A stretch of DNA of 64,000 nt from Eledone cirrhosa (lineage: Eukaryota). A program made the position numbers and the translations under genes. The stretch spans positions 139,872,001 to 139,936,000 of the forward strand of contig OZ024742.1 in NCBI GenBank assembly GCA_964016885.1, written 5' to 3'. Below, piece after piece: positions 26,420 to 39,856 of the stretch (the stretch's first letter is position 1; the number at the start of each line of letters is the position of its first letter). The notes below the pieces were generated by a model. It ran no database searches. It was not told the DNA's origin and saw only the letters and a program-made list of their open reading frames with translations.

Positions 26420-26840
26420 TTTGCCCTGGATGCAGCACAGCCAACCAAATATTCATACTGCAGCAGGTCTTTGAGAAATCATGAGAGTACTGCCAAGAGG
26501 TGTATCCTTGCTTTGTAGACCTTGAAAAGGCATATGACCGCATTCCACAGGAGCTGCTGTGGAAAATTCTGCAGGAGTGTGGGATCGATGGTCAGCTTCT
26601 TGTTGCCCTGATGTCTCCATACGAATGTTTGAGTATTTGTGTTCGGTTAAATAGTGCTAAATCAAAACCATTCAATGCGAGAGTCTGACTCCACCAAAGG
26701 TGCATGCTGTCAACTCTCTTGTTCATTATTTTCATTAACAGGATTGACATGCACAGCTGGGCTGGAAATGGAGTCACAACTGGCACATGTAGAATCAGTT
26801 GGCTGAAAGTTGCAAACGACATGGTGTTACTTAACTCGAC
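26420..26840 (+). mobile_element. RTE-like RT fragment
   Basis: TANQIFILQQVFEK..CFVDLEKAYDRIP..LLWKIL with stops. Confidence 0.75.
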
Positions 26841-26917
26841 TTGTACTTGATACATATATATAAACAAAAAATACAATATACAGTACTTCATTACTTATAT
26901 ACAATGCTTATATACAG

Positions 26918-27410
26918 CTTGAGATCGGTGTGGAAGTCAGACCTTCGTAGAGACCTGAAAATCCGCCTCTTCATTGCTGTAGTGGAGTCTGTGCTGCTGT
27001 ATGGGTCTGAGACTTGGACACTGACCAAGAGACTCACTCAGATGGTGGATGAGTGCTACACGAGAATGCTGAGGATGGCTCTGAACATTAATCAGTATAC
27101 ACTGAGGATGAAAAACTCAGAGCTGTATGGGAGCATCCCAAAAGTCAGCTCAAAAGTGACACAGAGAAGACTGAGGTTGGCTGGACATGCTCACCGACAT
27201 CCAGAGTTGACATTGCACTCAGTGCTCTTTTGGGAGCCCCTACATGGACACACTAGAAGAGGAAGACCAAGGTTAACATATGTTGATGCCCTAAGGACAG
27301 ACACTGGTCTGTTGGAGATGCAGGATATGGCAGCGATAATGAGGGACAGAGACGGCTGGAGAGAACTCGTCCATGGATCTCGGGAATTTTACCCGCCTTA
27401 GATAGATACA
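26918..27410 (+). mobile_element. RTE-type LINE 3' end (separate family)
   Basis: LKIRLF..VESVLLYGSETW..RRLRLAGH..RRGRPR..DRDGWR followed by a short (TAGA)n. Confidence 0.8.
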
Positions 27411-28939
27411 ATGCAACAAAATAAATCAAATAAATTTAACAAATGACTGAAACAACTGAAATAGAATATTTTATTCATTTATAATTTGAGCATGAAAAAT
27501 AATTTTCATAGCATGTATGTTTAGAAAAAATTTACCATTATCATTGCCACTCTCTCTCTCTCTCTGTCATACACATACACTCACACATACGTACAATCTC
27601 TCTCTCTCTCTCTCTCTACACCCTTTCCATAAAATAGTTAGATTTAATAACGATTTCGGTGTTGCTGCCACCACCACCACCGCCAACATCCTCTCTCTAT
27701 TATACACACACTCTTACCATCTCATTTCCATGGCGTGACAGACTTTTAAAGCTACAGATACACCACCTTTAATATAAGAGACAATAATAATTCCTCATCT
27801 CAGCAATTCAGAAACATTGTATGATAGAAGTATTGTTATAATTTGATTAGATATACATAAGTGTTTATACTAAGTGTTTAAAAAGTTAATTTCCCAATTA
27901 TGGGGTCACAAGTTCAATCCCTCTAAATGGCATCTTGGGCAAGTATTTTTACCATAGCCTAAGATTGACCAAAGAATTATGTGTGGAATTGTGTAGACAG
28001 AGACTGTATGGAAGTGTATCAGATGGACTGTGCATCTAACTAAATCATCCAACCATGTCACATACTGGGTCTCACTGAGTCTGCTTGGGAATTACATTTA
28101 GAGGAGACGTGTCAGTGGAATACTCAACCAATTAAGCGTTCGTTCACAAATTGGACGTTCAGTTGATGGAACAGCTGAATGCTCGTCATTGAAATTGACA
28201 GTCTATCATCATCGTCAGAAATACATACACACCTACATAGATACAGTACATACATACACATCTAAATATCATGTTGCCGATATTTAAATATGAATACAAT
28301 CAATATAATGTATCAAATAATTTCCATTTCAACTGGAAGGAGATTTATTAATAGATTAACATATTCATATGGGTGGGTTGTTGTTATAATTGTGCCAAAA
28401 TTTGAATAAATTAACTGTTTTCATTTAATTAATTCCTTTCTCTTTTTAATCGAAGAGAGTTTGTCAATTTTGTAATGGAGTTATTTCCCTTGGACCATAA
28501 TTTTTAGCATGTACATTTTTTTTTTTTAGTGTTCCGATAAAAAAAAAATGTTTAAACTATTTTTTTTGTTATTGTTTTGTTTCTGAAATAGACTCGGAGA
28601 GAGTCACATAGTTAAGAATTTTACTTTTTCACCATGTCATTGTGGGTTCGATCTCACTATGCAGCACTTTAGAAAAAAAAGTCCTCTTCCATAACCCCTG
28701 TTTTACCATATCTTGTGAGTGAATTCGAAAATTGTGCAGAAACTGCTGTGTTGCCACCAATGAAAAACAGATGTTAAATGATGATGATAAATATGCAATT
28801 AATCTACCTGTGATTGTTTTCATATCTGTGATCAGGTTACAGATACCTGTCGTTACTGTTCATATATATATATGGTGTCTCTCCTAGTGTTGCTGTCACA
28901 TTAAAATGCACCAAGTACACTTACAAAGTAGTAGCGATG

Positions 28940-29121
28940 GTGCCATGATGAATTGTACCCTGTACACGTTGTATAATTATAGTGTTTGTGCCATGAAAAA
29001 TTGCACCCTGTACTGGTTGTAAAACAGTAGTGCTGCTGATGCCATGATAAATTGCACCCTGTACACACTGTAAAATGGTACTGCTGGTGCCATGATAAAT
29101 TGCACCCTGTACACATTGTAA
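28940..29121. repeat. Degenerate ~50-bp tandem repeat, 4 copies
   Basis: Recurring TGCCATGATAAATTGCACCCTGTACAC..TGTAAA. Confidence 0.8.
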
Positions 29122-29744
29122 ATCAGTAGTGCTGCTACGAGAATACAATGCACTTAAGTACACTTTGCAAAGTGGTAGTGTAGGTATCATGATAAAATCC
29201 AGTATATGCTGTAAAGTAGTTGGAATTAGCAAGGGCATCCAGCTATAGAAACCAAAATGGAAGATACTGACAAGATATAGTCATCTGATTTGTCATAATC
29301 TCAAGACATGGCAACACATGCAACCCATTCCAGCATGGAAAAAAGACATAAAATAGTGTAGAAGATGATGTTGGTCTATGGAAAGGCATCTGACTATAGA
29401 ACACTGCCTCAAGAAGTGTCATCCAACTATAAAAGGGGACAATAAAGATGGTTAATTGAATAGTTTGACCTATTTATTTCCTGAATGGATGTTGAGAGTT
29501 AATCTTATACAATAATTGAAATGAAAAACAAGCATAAAATCTCACAATGTTGCGAAAAGCCATTGACATTATATAAAAATAATAAAAACAAAACACACTA
29601 TTAAAGCATGCAGAAAAGGAAGAAAAAAAAAGAAGCAAATGAAATGAAAAAGAAAAAAAGGATCAAGCAGTGAAAGGAAGGGAGAGTGGGAGGGACAGAT
29701 ACTACACTCTAGTTTGAGCGGTGCCTCAGCCGTGCCCTGCAGAC

Positions 29745-30660
29745 AAACTAACAAAGGTGTTACTACGGGGAATGGCCAGAGACACCTGCTGCAACAGCCA
29801 CCTCACGTTGCTCCCCCCTCAATATGGCCGCCATCTTTCCAACTTTATGAAGGAAATCAGCAGTGCAGGGACCAAGGATGCCACAGACTGATGCAAAGAA
29901 GAAGTCATTCAGGCTCAAGTCGCATCCCAAATTAGGGATTTTACCCCCTTGAGAGGAAAGAGAGTTAATCCATTGGAGCATTTGTCATCACCATGGTTAA
30001 GGCTAACAAGGGAAACCTGTTGCGTCACAGCTCTTTCTGATGATGTCATTCAGAGTGGCATGACTGGGGAGCCAGCCTGCACTAAGGCGGCAAGATAATG
30101 ATTCAGTTATGTTGGGCATCGGTACACTGGGGAATGACAAGGCTTTTGTTTGTTCAATCAGCCAGAACTGACTCCAGTTCCCGAGCCTATCAGGTTCTGT
30201 CATCTTGCGAAGGATCTTGTTGATGAAGGAGTAGATGGATGAGATTAAGAAGATAGGTTGACAGTGCTAAGACGAGAGTGATCGGGGGCCGAGGCCGCTG
30301 AATCTAACAGGAAATTTCACCTATTGCTAGCTGGCACTGTCAAAGCAAACAATGTTTGATGAGTTTGCCCCGGCATTGGATGGTGGCATCAAAATCAATG
30401 AGTTGATCTGCTAGAGGGGGGCAAGGCGCACCACGTAGTGTAAAGAGGAATTTGAAGAGAGCAAAGCAGTACCACATGAAAAAGAATGCAGAGTGTGTGT
30501 TGATGAGGCGTAATCTCTCTGTCATCCTCATCAGGTCTGCATGCTAGGTCTCCAGGCATTCATGTTTAGCTTTCAGGAGGATGAGAGAGCCGAGAATGTA
30601 GACGGTGTCCTTTGGGCTCAACTGAGCCCCATTCAAGTCAAAATCAATGTTGAGTATGGT
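29745..30660 (-). mobile_element. Decayed CRE-like (RLE) non-LTR retrotransposon
   Basis: LSCRLSAG..SHATLNDII, NGLTLFP..KSLIWDAT, VSLAIPRSN on the minus strand. Confidence 0.65.
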
Positions 30661-31007
30661 GTCTTTTACATTTCAGTGCATAGGCTATTTATTTTATAAC
30701 ATATGCGATTTCTAGTAATGCCCATTTTTTGTAATGTATAATGTTTTTTAATGTATGAAGAAAATTAATTGTTGCAGGAATGCTACCACTTAAAATAAAA
30801 TATTGCTGGAGACAGATTAGCAAAATTTAATAAGTGGGGGGAGAGGTGGCACGATTTTTCAAGACCCAAGAGTATATGAATATTTAGTGTCTAATATTTT
30901 TCACTGGTTTCAGACATTAGGCTGTGTCCATGCTGGGGCACTATCAACCTCTTTTGAGAAAACTGCTAAACATGTATGAAAGTAGACACAGATATACACA
31001 CACACAC

Positions 31008-31041
<34 letters not shown>

Positions 31042-31288
31042 CCACTTGGTTGTGAAGCAAACCCCACAGCCATTCCATATGATTATATATATTTTGTATG
31101 TGAATATCTAAAACCATGTAATATCTAGAATATATAGAGTTCAAAATATCTCAGTATAAGTACACAACCTGTTTGTTTGCAGATCTGGTACATTAATTAA
31201 TGGGATTGGGAGCTTTAGCTATGTTGTAACTGACAAATAACATGAGCCCTTGAATTGGGATACAAAATACAATCATTTTATTTAGTAA

Positions 31289-31600
31289 TCTATATGTCTA
31301 AAACAGAGAATGTCTGTCTGTCTGTCTGACTCCCTAAAACTCGAGAACCACCCAACCGATTGTTTTCAAACTTTACACATGTAATACTTATGGTTATGTG
31401 AGTGTTTTGAGCAAAAGATATTTCAAATTTTCAATGCCCTAGGGACCGCATTACGCGATTTAGCGATCTCTCTCTATAATTCTTAGGCTTTCTTTTTAGA
31501 TAGATACATAGATATAACGTTGCGCCCTTATAATATGTCTGTATGTCTGGCTGTCTGCATTACGACATTATGACGTCGTTATCTGTGTGTGTGTATATAT
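31289..31600 (+). mobile_element. Possible 5' part of a non-autonomous Helitron/Helentron
   Basis: A|TCTATAT start with (GTCT)n similar to 2342; no 3' CTAG end found. Confidence 0.4.
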
Positions 31601-31679
31601 ATGTATATATAGTGTGTGCATATATAGTGTGTAACGTTTTTCGAAATATTTACATCTGCGTTCACAGATTGATTTTTTT

Positions 31680-31730
31680 AGTTTCAGAAGATCCCGTTAA
31701 GGGTGAAAGCAGCGATTCTTTGCTTAAACT
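31680..31730 (+). ncRNA. Hammerhead-like motif with CAGAAGA core in a solitary Hydra-like pLTR fragment
   Basis: Same motif as 11193-11243. Confidence 0.65.
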
Positions 31731-31741
31731 TTAATCTGTTG

Positions 31742-31771
<30 letters not shown>

Positions 31772-31778
<7 letters not shown>

Positions 31779-32679
31779 ATACTTTGGGAGGGTCATGTTG
31801 CCAATAAGAAACACACGCACCAGTTGCTTTCACTTCAATTTATTATAATAAATTTATAATAAATTTATAAATTTATAAATTTCTGGTTGGTTGGTTGGTT
31901 GGTTCCACAACCAGATAGTTGTTTATATGTAGTCATAGTTCTTTCGTCACACACTCTGTGACCTCTTCAGTGACTGGGGATTCCTTTCTTTGTTTCTGTG
32001 TCTCTCCTTTGTTCTGTCCTACGCCATTTTGTTTCTGTGTGTGTGTTGTGTGCTCAGTCTGCGCATGCGCCACATCCGGGTGTCTGTGTGTGTTTATGTT
32101 CATTTATTTATTTGTTTATTTACATGTTACTGGTTGGTTTTTTGTTCTATGTGTGTGTGTGTTTTCATTTTGTCCTTAATTGTAAGTTGTGATGTTGCTG
32201 TTCCACTCATATTTTCTATTTAATTTTGGTTGTAATTCTTTTATGTTTATTGCCTCTGTAATTTGTCTAAACATTGCGTCTTTTCTGTGTGTAGATTCTA
32301 TTTTTATTTCTATGTTCTCTAATTTACCCTTGTGTTCTATTTTAGCATGTTGGTAGAGTACAGATGATTCTTTACTATCTTGAAGGTCTCGCCAGTATTC
32401 ATTTATCCGTTCCATAAATTCGAACAGATAAATGAACACTGAAGAGGTCACAGAGTGTGTGACGAAAGAACTATGACTACATATAAACAACTATCTGGTT
32501 GTGGAACCAACCAACCAGAAATTTATAAATTTATAAATTTATAAATTTATTATAATAAATTGAAGTGAAAGCAACTGGTGTGTGTGTTTCTTATTGGCAA
32601 CATGACCCTCCCAAAGTATAACAATATCGGTTTCAACACACGATTTCAGATAAAGAATCTTGCTAAACAAATTCAGAAA

Positions 32680-32682
<3 letters not shown>
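31772..32682. mobile_element. PLE family A 3' end with inverted pLTR
   Basis: EN C-terminus 32176..32410 on the minus strand; pLTR 31772-31975 mirrored from ~32437. Confidence 0.85.
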
Positions 32683-32778
<96 letters not shown>

Positions 32779-32850
32779 TATATACATATATATATATATA
32801 ATATATATATATATATAATATATATATATATACATATAATATATATATAC

Positions 32851-32919
<69 letters not shown>

Positions 32920-32950
32920 TATATACATATATATATACATATATATATAC

Positions 32951-33019
<69 letters not shown>

Positions 33020-33078
33020 TATATACATATATATATACATATATATATATATACATATATATATACATATATATATAT

Positions 33079-33168
<90 letters not shown>
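32682..33168. repeat. (TA)n array with CA/TG interruptions
   Basis: Directly visible. Confidence 0.95.
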
Positions 33169-33169
<1 letters not shown>

Positions 33170-33517
33170 GGAGGCACATGCCTTAGTGGTTAGAGAATTG
33201 GCCTTGCAATCAAAAGGTTGTAAGTTCAATTCTCAGACCGGGTGATGTGTTGTTTCCTTGAGCAAGACACTTTATTTCACATTGCTCCAGTTTACTCAGC
33301 TGTAGAAATGAGATGATAGGACTGGGGTCCGTATCATTCCACTGTAAAGTGGTCGTGTAGGTGCCACGGCAAAAAAAGCACCCACCACTCACTGTAAATG
33401 AGGTTGGTGTTAGGAAGGGCATCCAGCTGTAGAAATCAAGCCAGAATCAGTTCCCGTCCCACCCTTGCATGCAGGGAAAAGCGGGCGTAAAAATGATGAT
33501 GATGATGATGATGATGA
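33169..33517 (+). mobile_element. tRNA-derived SINE with RTE-like 3' tail and (TGA)n
   Basis: A box TGGCCTTAGTGG-like, B box GTTCAATTC; tail GTTAGGAAGGGCATCCAGCTGTAGAAA shared with the RTE 3' UTRs here. Confidence 0.75.
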
Positions 33518-33673
33518 TATATAGGTAGTAGAGGTGCAATTGAATTGCGTTCAGGGGCTGTATGCCAAGATGAGCATTCGATGCTCTTGGGGAGCAGAGT
33601 ATCAATGATAGTAATAAATGGGAACAAAGAATCAGTATTGTTTTATATACATATTTAATTACATATTACATAT

Positions 33674-34053
33674 GGAGGCACATGGCTTAGTGGTTAGAGA
33701 TGGAGGCACATGGCTTAGTGGTTAGAGCATTGGCCTTGCAATCGAAAGGTTGTGAGTTCAATTCTCAGACCGGGGGATGTGTTGTTTCCTTGAGCAAGAC
33801 ACTTTATTTCACGTTGCTCCAGTTTATTCAGCTGTAGAAATGAGATGATAGCGACTGGGGTCCATATCATTCCACTGCAAAGTGGTCGTGGAGGTGCCAT
33901 GGCAAAAAAGCACCCAGCACTCACTGTAAATGAGGTTGGTGTTAGGAAGGGCATCCAGCTGTAGAAATCAAGCCAGAATCAGTTTTCCCGTCCCACCTTT
34001 GCAAGCAGGGAAAAGCGGACGTAAAAGCATGATGATGATGATGATGATGATGA
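33674..34053 (+). mobile_element. Second copy of the same SINE with a duplicated 5' end
   Basis: Near-identical to 33169-33517; first ~27 nt tandemly duplicated. Confidence 0.75.
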
Positions 34054-34165
34054 TATGTTTCACTGCCGATCAGCTCGAGGAACAATCAAATAATGTTTGT
34101 TCCTGACTCTGGAATTGGGAGCTCCTCAGATAAGTTTTCTCACATGTAGACGCTCATCTAAATGT

Positions 34166-34225
<60 letters not shown>

Positions 34226-34302
34226 GTTGACAGCTGAGAGAAAAGTGTACTCAATACTGAAGTAGAGTTTAAATATTCATTTTATTAAGGCTAAATAGTG
34301 AG

Positions 34303-34352
34303 TCTTGTTACTCTAGAATTTCGCCTGTTTATCACAGGATCATCAAACAAGA
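34303..34352 (-). ncRNA. Hammerhead-like motif (C3 replaced by T) in a short fold-back element
   Basis: TCTTGT-TTGATGA-t-CCTGT-gataa-ACAGG-c-GAAA-ttctagag-TA-ACAAGA; degenerate inverted copy follows. Confidence 0.55.
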
Positions 34353-36091
34353 TGACCCTGTGATAAACTGTAAAATTCTGGTGTAACATTCAATATTTAG
34401 CCTTAATAAAACGAAAATATATATATGGAGAGAGAAAAGGTGAAATTGGAAATAGCACGGAAAATATATATCGGTTTCGATGTATTATAAAAATTCATTT
34501 TATCGAATGTTGAGTATTACAATTAAAAAGAATTAATAAGAATTAAAAACTAAAAATTTAAGATTTAAAATTAAGAGGTAAGTTTTTTTCATCTTCCTTG
34601 CTGAGAAGGAGACTGGAGAATTTGCCGTGCTATTTCCAACTTCACCTTTTCTTTATAACCAGTTTTGTATAGAACCTTACTTCCCTTTTCTAATACATAT
34701 ATATATCATCATCATCATCATCATCATCGTTTAACGTCTATCTTCCATGCTAGCATGGGTTTAGACCCTATTATATATATATATATATATATAATAGGGT
34801 ATAAGTATTATAAGAGAGGAGGAAACAGAGAGGTGTAGAGAGGTGCGATACAGATTACTAAATGCTTTGGTTAGCAGAGTTAAATATTAGAGGAAGTTAA
34901 TATTTAGCATATAGTTTAAGCAGAGCGGGAATAAGCAAATGAATGAATGAAGGAGTTACAAGCCGTTAAAACAAGTTCTTTATATAGCTCTTACACATGT
35001 TTCACCCACATGGGCCCTTTGGAGAGATAATTGTTTATATAGTGACATTAGTAAGTATAGATGCCGTTGAGAATTATTACTCCAGCTTCACATCACCCTG
35101 CATTATAAGCGAAAAAATGTAAACACAATGGCGTTGGTGAAAGGGGCATACTCCACTAAGGGAGGTAACTGTACGGTGCTCGGCCGCTAAATACCCTAAA
35201 GTTTATTTTAACCTATCCCAGCTAGGGGGAAGTTTTAGCAGGGTGAGTCTAACTCAGTAGGTGATATGCAGTGCCTCAGTAGAGATCTGATGGCTGGTTG
35301 ATAGCATCATTAGACACTGCACTTTGGCCTATCTATTGCAGGTGGACTAAGTTGTGGTGTGATGCAGAAAGCTGTGGGAATAGGATATTATTGCGGTTCA
35401 GGAGACCACCTGTAGAACGAGTGCTGTAGTCTGTGGCCGCAATTGATGACCGTTTCAGCCCGACTATTAATGAGTTTCTGGGGTGCTTTCACTATATAGT
35501 ATGTTTCCATTAAGCAGAGTTGGCAATTTTTCCTGAAATTATATGGGGTTGCTTGGTTAACAATTTCCCATTGTGTGGTGTAGCTAATGTTAGATTCAGT
35601 TAATTGAGTAATATAATTAGCGCGGGAGGTAGAGAATCTGAGTTTCTTATTTCTAAAGGAGTGGAGATGTGATCTAAATCTAATCTTGAACTCATTAGAA
35701 GTGGCGCCTATGTATGACCTAGTGCTATTATAACTCGTCACAGTGCATTTGTACATTATGTTTCTAATCAGGCAGGGGCCCTAGAGTGGACAGTTGTCGG
35801 GGTTTCGGCAATTGCAATGTTTTTTTGTTGCTATTTCTAGTGTGGTGAGGTCCACTGCTATCATTACTACTATCATTACCACCATCACCATTGTCGTCAT
35901 TGTTGCCATTGGCTTTATTACAGATATAGTTTTGCAACATGGTGTTATTTCTGTTGTTCCTGTTATGGCCCCTTCAATAGCTGTTGTTATCGCTGCCATG
36001 GTTCCTAACCTGGTCGCCAGTTCTACTATTAGTGCTGCGGTTAGTCTCTATGGTGTTGATATTGTTGACATTATTGCTAATACTATGATAA

Positions 36092-37295
36092 CACCGTGTA
36101 ACATATTTTTTGTTCCCCAGTTCTAAGTGTCATTTCATGGTTTGTTATATCCCATTATTATTAAAAAAAACACTATTATTTAATCATAAGTTTGGATTTG
36201 TGGTCAGGAGTTTGATATTTCGAAATTTTCATATTTTTCAAGAAAAAACACATTTTTTAAAAATTTATCAGTTCATATAATTAAATCAACAGAGTATATA
36301 TTTATTTTATTACACAAGCTTATCAAAAGCAAACAAGTAAAAACAAATAACACTTATAAAGCAACTTATACACATCAGAAATGACTGGATTGTAGTCCAG
36401 GTCGCATTGGCGCACTAGCCCCCAGATATAGTCCCCCATCGTTTTTCATTGTAGTGGCCCTGGTACCTCCGCTCTATCTCTTTCACATCTTGGTGGAATC
36501 GTTCACCTTGTTCTTCTAAGTAGGCGCCCATATTGTCCTTGAATTTTTCCAGGTGAGCGTCCAGCATATGGAGTTTAAGCGACATCCTGCATCCCATGGC
36601 GCCAAAAGCCTTTATCAGATCCTGCACCAGTTGCTGGTAGTTTTCAGCTCTGTAGTTGCCCAGGAAGCCCTTAACAACTGCTTTGAAACAGTTCCATGCT
36701 GTTCTCTCAATCCTATTGAGCTTATTGGAGAACTCGGTAGACTCAAACACCTTCTTTATCTGAGGTCCAACAAAAATTCCACCTTTGATTTTGGTCTCAG
36801 ATAACTTGGGTAAGAACTCAAGAAGGTGCTTAAAAGCGGCTGATTCTTGGATGAGAGCCTTCACAAACTGCTTCATCAACCCCAACTTAATGTGCAGTGG
36901 CGGCATGAACACAATCCTGGGATCAACCAGTGGCTCCCACATGACGTTCCGGGTCCCAACTACAAATTCTGTTCGCTACTCCCAGTTCTTTCTTTTGTAG
37001 TGGTCAGAGGTGGCTCTGCTGTCCCAAAGGCAGAGGAAACACTGGAATTTGATAAAGCCTCCTTGGAGTCCAAGCAGGAAAGCCACCATCTTGAAGTCTC
37101 CAATGATTTCCCAATTGTACTGGTTGTATTGCAGAGCTTCCAAGAGGACTTTCACACTGTAGTAATCTTTCTTCAGGCAGACTGAATGAGTTAGGGGCAG
37201 TGTCGGGAACTTGTTTCTCTTGTGGAGGAGGACAGCCTTCAAACGTGTGGTTGAGCTGTCTATAAATAGCCGCCACTCCTTGGGCACAAACGGCA
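36092..37295 (-). mobile_element. Chapaev3/CMC-like DNA transposon, 3' half with one CAC-type terminus
   Basis: EWRLFIDSS..LKAVLLH, GDFKMV..CFLCLWDSR, PPLHIKLGL, MSLKLH.L..H, EEQGERFHQD; terminus CACCGTGTAACA at 36092; superfamily name from memory of these motifs. Confidence 0.7.
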
Positions 37296-38850
37296 CTGTT
37301 GCTTTGTTGTAGTAGCCAGCAGTTTGGTTGAAGAGATCCTCATTGGCCGATAACCTCGAGATTCTGTGCGAGATGCTACTCACTATAGAGTTAAGCGTAG
37401 ATTTGGGGTGGTTAGATGCTTTGTTAATGTAAGACAGGACCTCACCTGTCTTGTGGTACAGTCTGTATAGGCCAGTATCTAACTCTAATGTTACATCTAG
37501 GAAGTTAACTACTTTATGGTTATGGTCTATTATCACTGAAAGGCCGTACGTTTTATAGAACTTATGGATATGCTTATTGAGGTTTTCTATCCTACGGGGG
37601 TTGTGATTCCTAACAGTAAATAGGGCATCGTCCCTATATACACCTGCTTGTAGTACGGGGATCTCATCCCTGAGCTTATGTAGGAGGTATATTCCAACCA
37701 TGTCGGTTACCTACGCCGAGTCACTCGACCCCATCGTGATATCGAAATTATCAGGACGGTTGGCTCGGGTCCAGTATGATGGTTCATCTTGCTACAAGTA
37801 CTATGTCTATTTACTTTTTAGTTAAACTAGTATTAGACCTAGCTAAGATGAGGGCCTTATTTAGGAGTATAGGGGAGATAGAGGCGTAGTAATTATCTAT
37901 GTCAAACTGAATAAATTTTAAAGAATCCTTATCTCGTATATTTGTGAACCATTTGATAACCTGGTCAGTATTATTCCAAAGACGGAGCTTAGCTTTACTA
38001 TTTAGTACAGGTATTATCCCATCAAGGATCACTTTGCTAATTCTACCTATATCAGAGGTGGAGGGGCATATTAATCTAACAGAGGGGTTTTCATTAAAGT
38101 TACATTTGTGGTCCTTAAGAGAGAATTTTGGTGTCATAAGTCCGTATGGGTCTGTGTATTTATCAATATCTAAGCTAGTAACAATGCTCTTACCTAATCT
38201 GTTTATGTTGTTGAGTGTGCTACTGGGTGGTTTTTTTTGTAATTTTTGCTGAGCTCATTTGAGATGAATTGCCTATATCTACTTATCTAACTTATACAGG
38301 GTCTTGGTTTTGTCAGAGGCTACAAATAGATGCTTATCATTCTTGATTTTAGTGATTAGGGAGTCTAGAGAGTTCAGGAAAGCGTTAGTGCACTTGTGTC
38401 TATTCTTAAACTTGACATTCTTGATCATATTTAATAGGTCCTCCTCAAAGGCGTCCAACAGTGTGTTATGCGGTGGGTTCTTGTAGGTCTTAAATCCATA
38501 CCTGTCTTTAAGTACTGGTTGCTTGTCTGCATTCTTGTCCATATGGTATGCCTTCCATCTGACCCTACGAATAAACGAATTAGTACCTGCAATAAGTTGT
38601 TTGAGGTATGTTTTTCTGCTTGGCAACGGTATAGACTTGAGAGACATTGGTAACGGTTGCTTCTCCAACATGTTGGCAAGTAGTGTGTTGCGGCCTAGCA
38701 CTGTACAGTTACCTCCCTTAGTGGAGTATGCCCCTTTCCACGACGTCACTGTGTTTACATTTTTTCACTTATAATGCAGGGTGATGTGAAGCTGGAGTAA
38801 TAATTCTCAATGGAATCTATACTTACTGATGTCACTATATAAACAATTAT

Positions 38851-38889
38851 CTCTCCGAAGGGCCCATGTGGGTGAAACATGTGTAAGAG
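38851..38889 (+). ncRNA. Hammerhead-like scaffold with degenerate CCGAAGG core (copy 34988-35026 - has CCAAAGG)
   Basis: CTCT-CCGAAGG-GCCC-atgt-GGGT-GAAAC-atgt-GTA-AGAG. Confidence 0.5.
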
Positions 38890-38945
38890 CTATATAAAGA
38901 ACTTGTTTTAATGGCTTGTAACTCCTTCATTCATTCATTTGCTTA

Positions 38946-39812
38946 TCATCTTCATCATCGTTTAACGTCTATCTTCCATGCTATCATGGGTTTAGACGGG
39001 AATTGTCCCACTTGAGGCAAGATTGGTTGGGTGATCATGTCTCAGTTGTATAGGACTGTCTGGCAGGATTTCTATGGCTGGATGCCCTTCCTAACACCAA
39101 CCACGTTTACAGTGTGGACTGGGAGGTTTTTACTGTGTTACCTACACGGCCACATTACAGCGTGGACTGTGTGTTTTTTGTCGTGACACCTACACGACCT
39201 CATTAATTTTGGACTGGATGTTGTGGTACCAACATAACTTTACAGAGAAAGGGTGGTGTTGGTGGGAGTGGGGGGGGGGAGTAGGGGTCGTGTGATGGGG
39301 GTGTATATTTGGTTAAGAGGTGCCTACTTTGTACATAGGAAAGGTGGGTCTTCTGTATTACCGCGTAGCGTCAAAGATCTCAGTCCAGTGACATTGTCTT
39401 GGAGAGGTGTAAGTGTGTAAGGTCGGAACTTATCAAATCGTCCAAGGTTTTACTGGGTCTACTTACTCCGTAACTTCCATCAATTTTGATCGCCCTGCAC
39501 TTTTTCATACAGCTGTCATCTTTCATGCGCATCACGTGACCATACCAACATAGTCTTCTCTTGAGTAAACAGCATCTGATCCCTCTTATTCCTACTTTCT
39601 CACTTAGTTCATTTATGCTTTGACGTTCGCGTATATTACTATTACACATCCAACAGAGCAATGCATGCTTCGTTCCTTTCCAGTCTGCGCAGGTCCTCTG
39701 CACACAATGCCCATGTCTCACTGCCATGTAACACTGCTGTTCGTATGCAGGCATCATACAACCTACCTTTCATTTTTAGAGAGAAACCTTTAGTGGCCAA
39801 TAGTGGCATAAG
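38946..39812 (-). mobile_element. RTE LINE 3' fragment, older copy
   Basis: GRLYDACIRTA.LHGSETW..RLCWYGHVMR; (GAT)n tail. Confidence 0.85.
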
Positions 39813-39856
39813 CTCTCTCTCTCTCTATATATATATTATATATAATATATATACTT

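Larger units (their letters stand above)
34800..38946 (-). mobile_element. Disrupted Hydra-clade-like PLE with 5' inverted pLTR (38690-38946 mirrors 34930-35187)
   Basis: Fragments [92 protein letters not shown]; stops and frameshifts. Confidence 0.88.

Noticed and set aside
32539-33245. YI/IY-repeat ORFs here and elsewhere
   Set aside because: Translations of (TA)n microsatellites
34470-34600. Possible expanded hammerhead (GAAACCGAT on the minus strand)
   Set aside because: No convincing CUGANGA box or stem I
35267-35321. SECIS element (Naiad-type selenoprotein PLE)
   Set aside because: AUGA-to-AA spacing too short, the endonuclease is C-terminal, and no in-frame UGA was seen at conserved Cys positions
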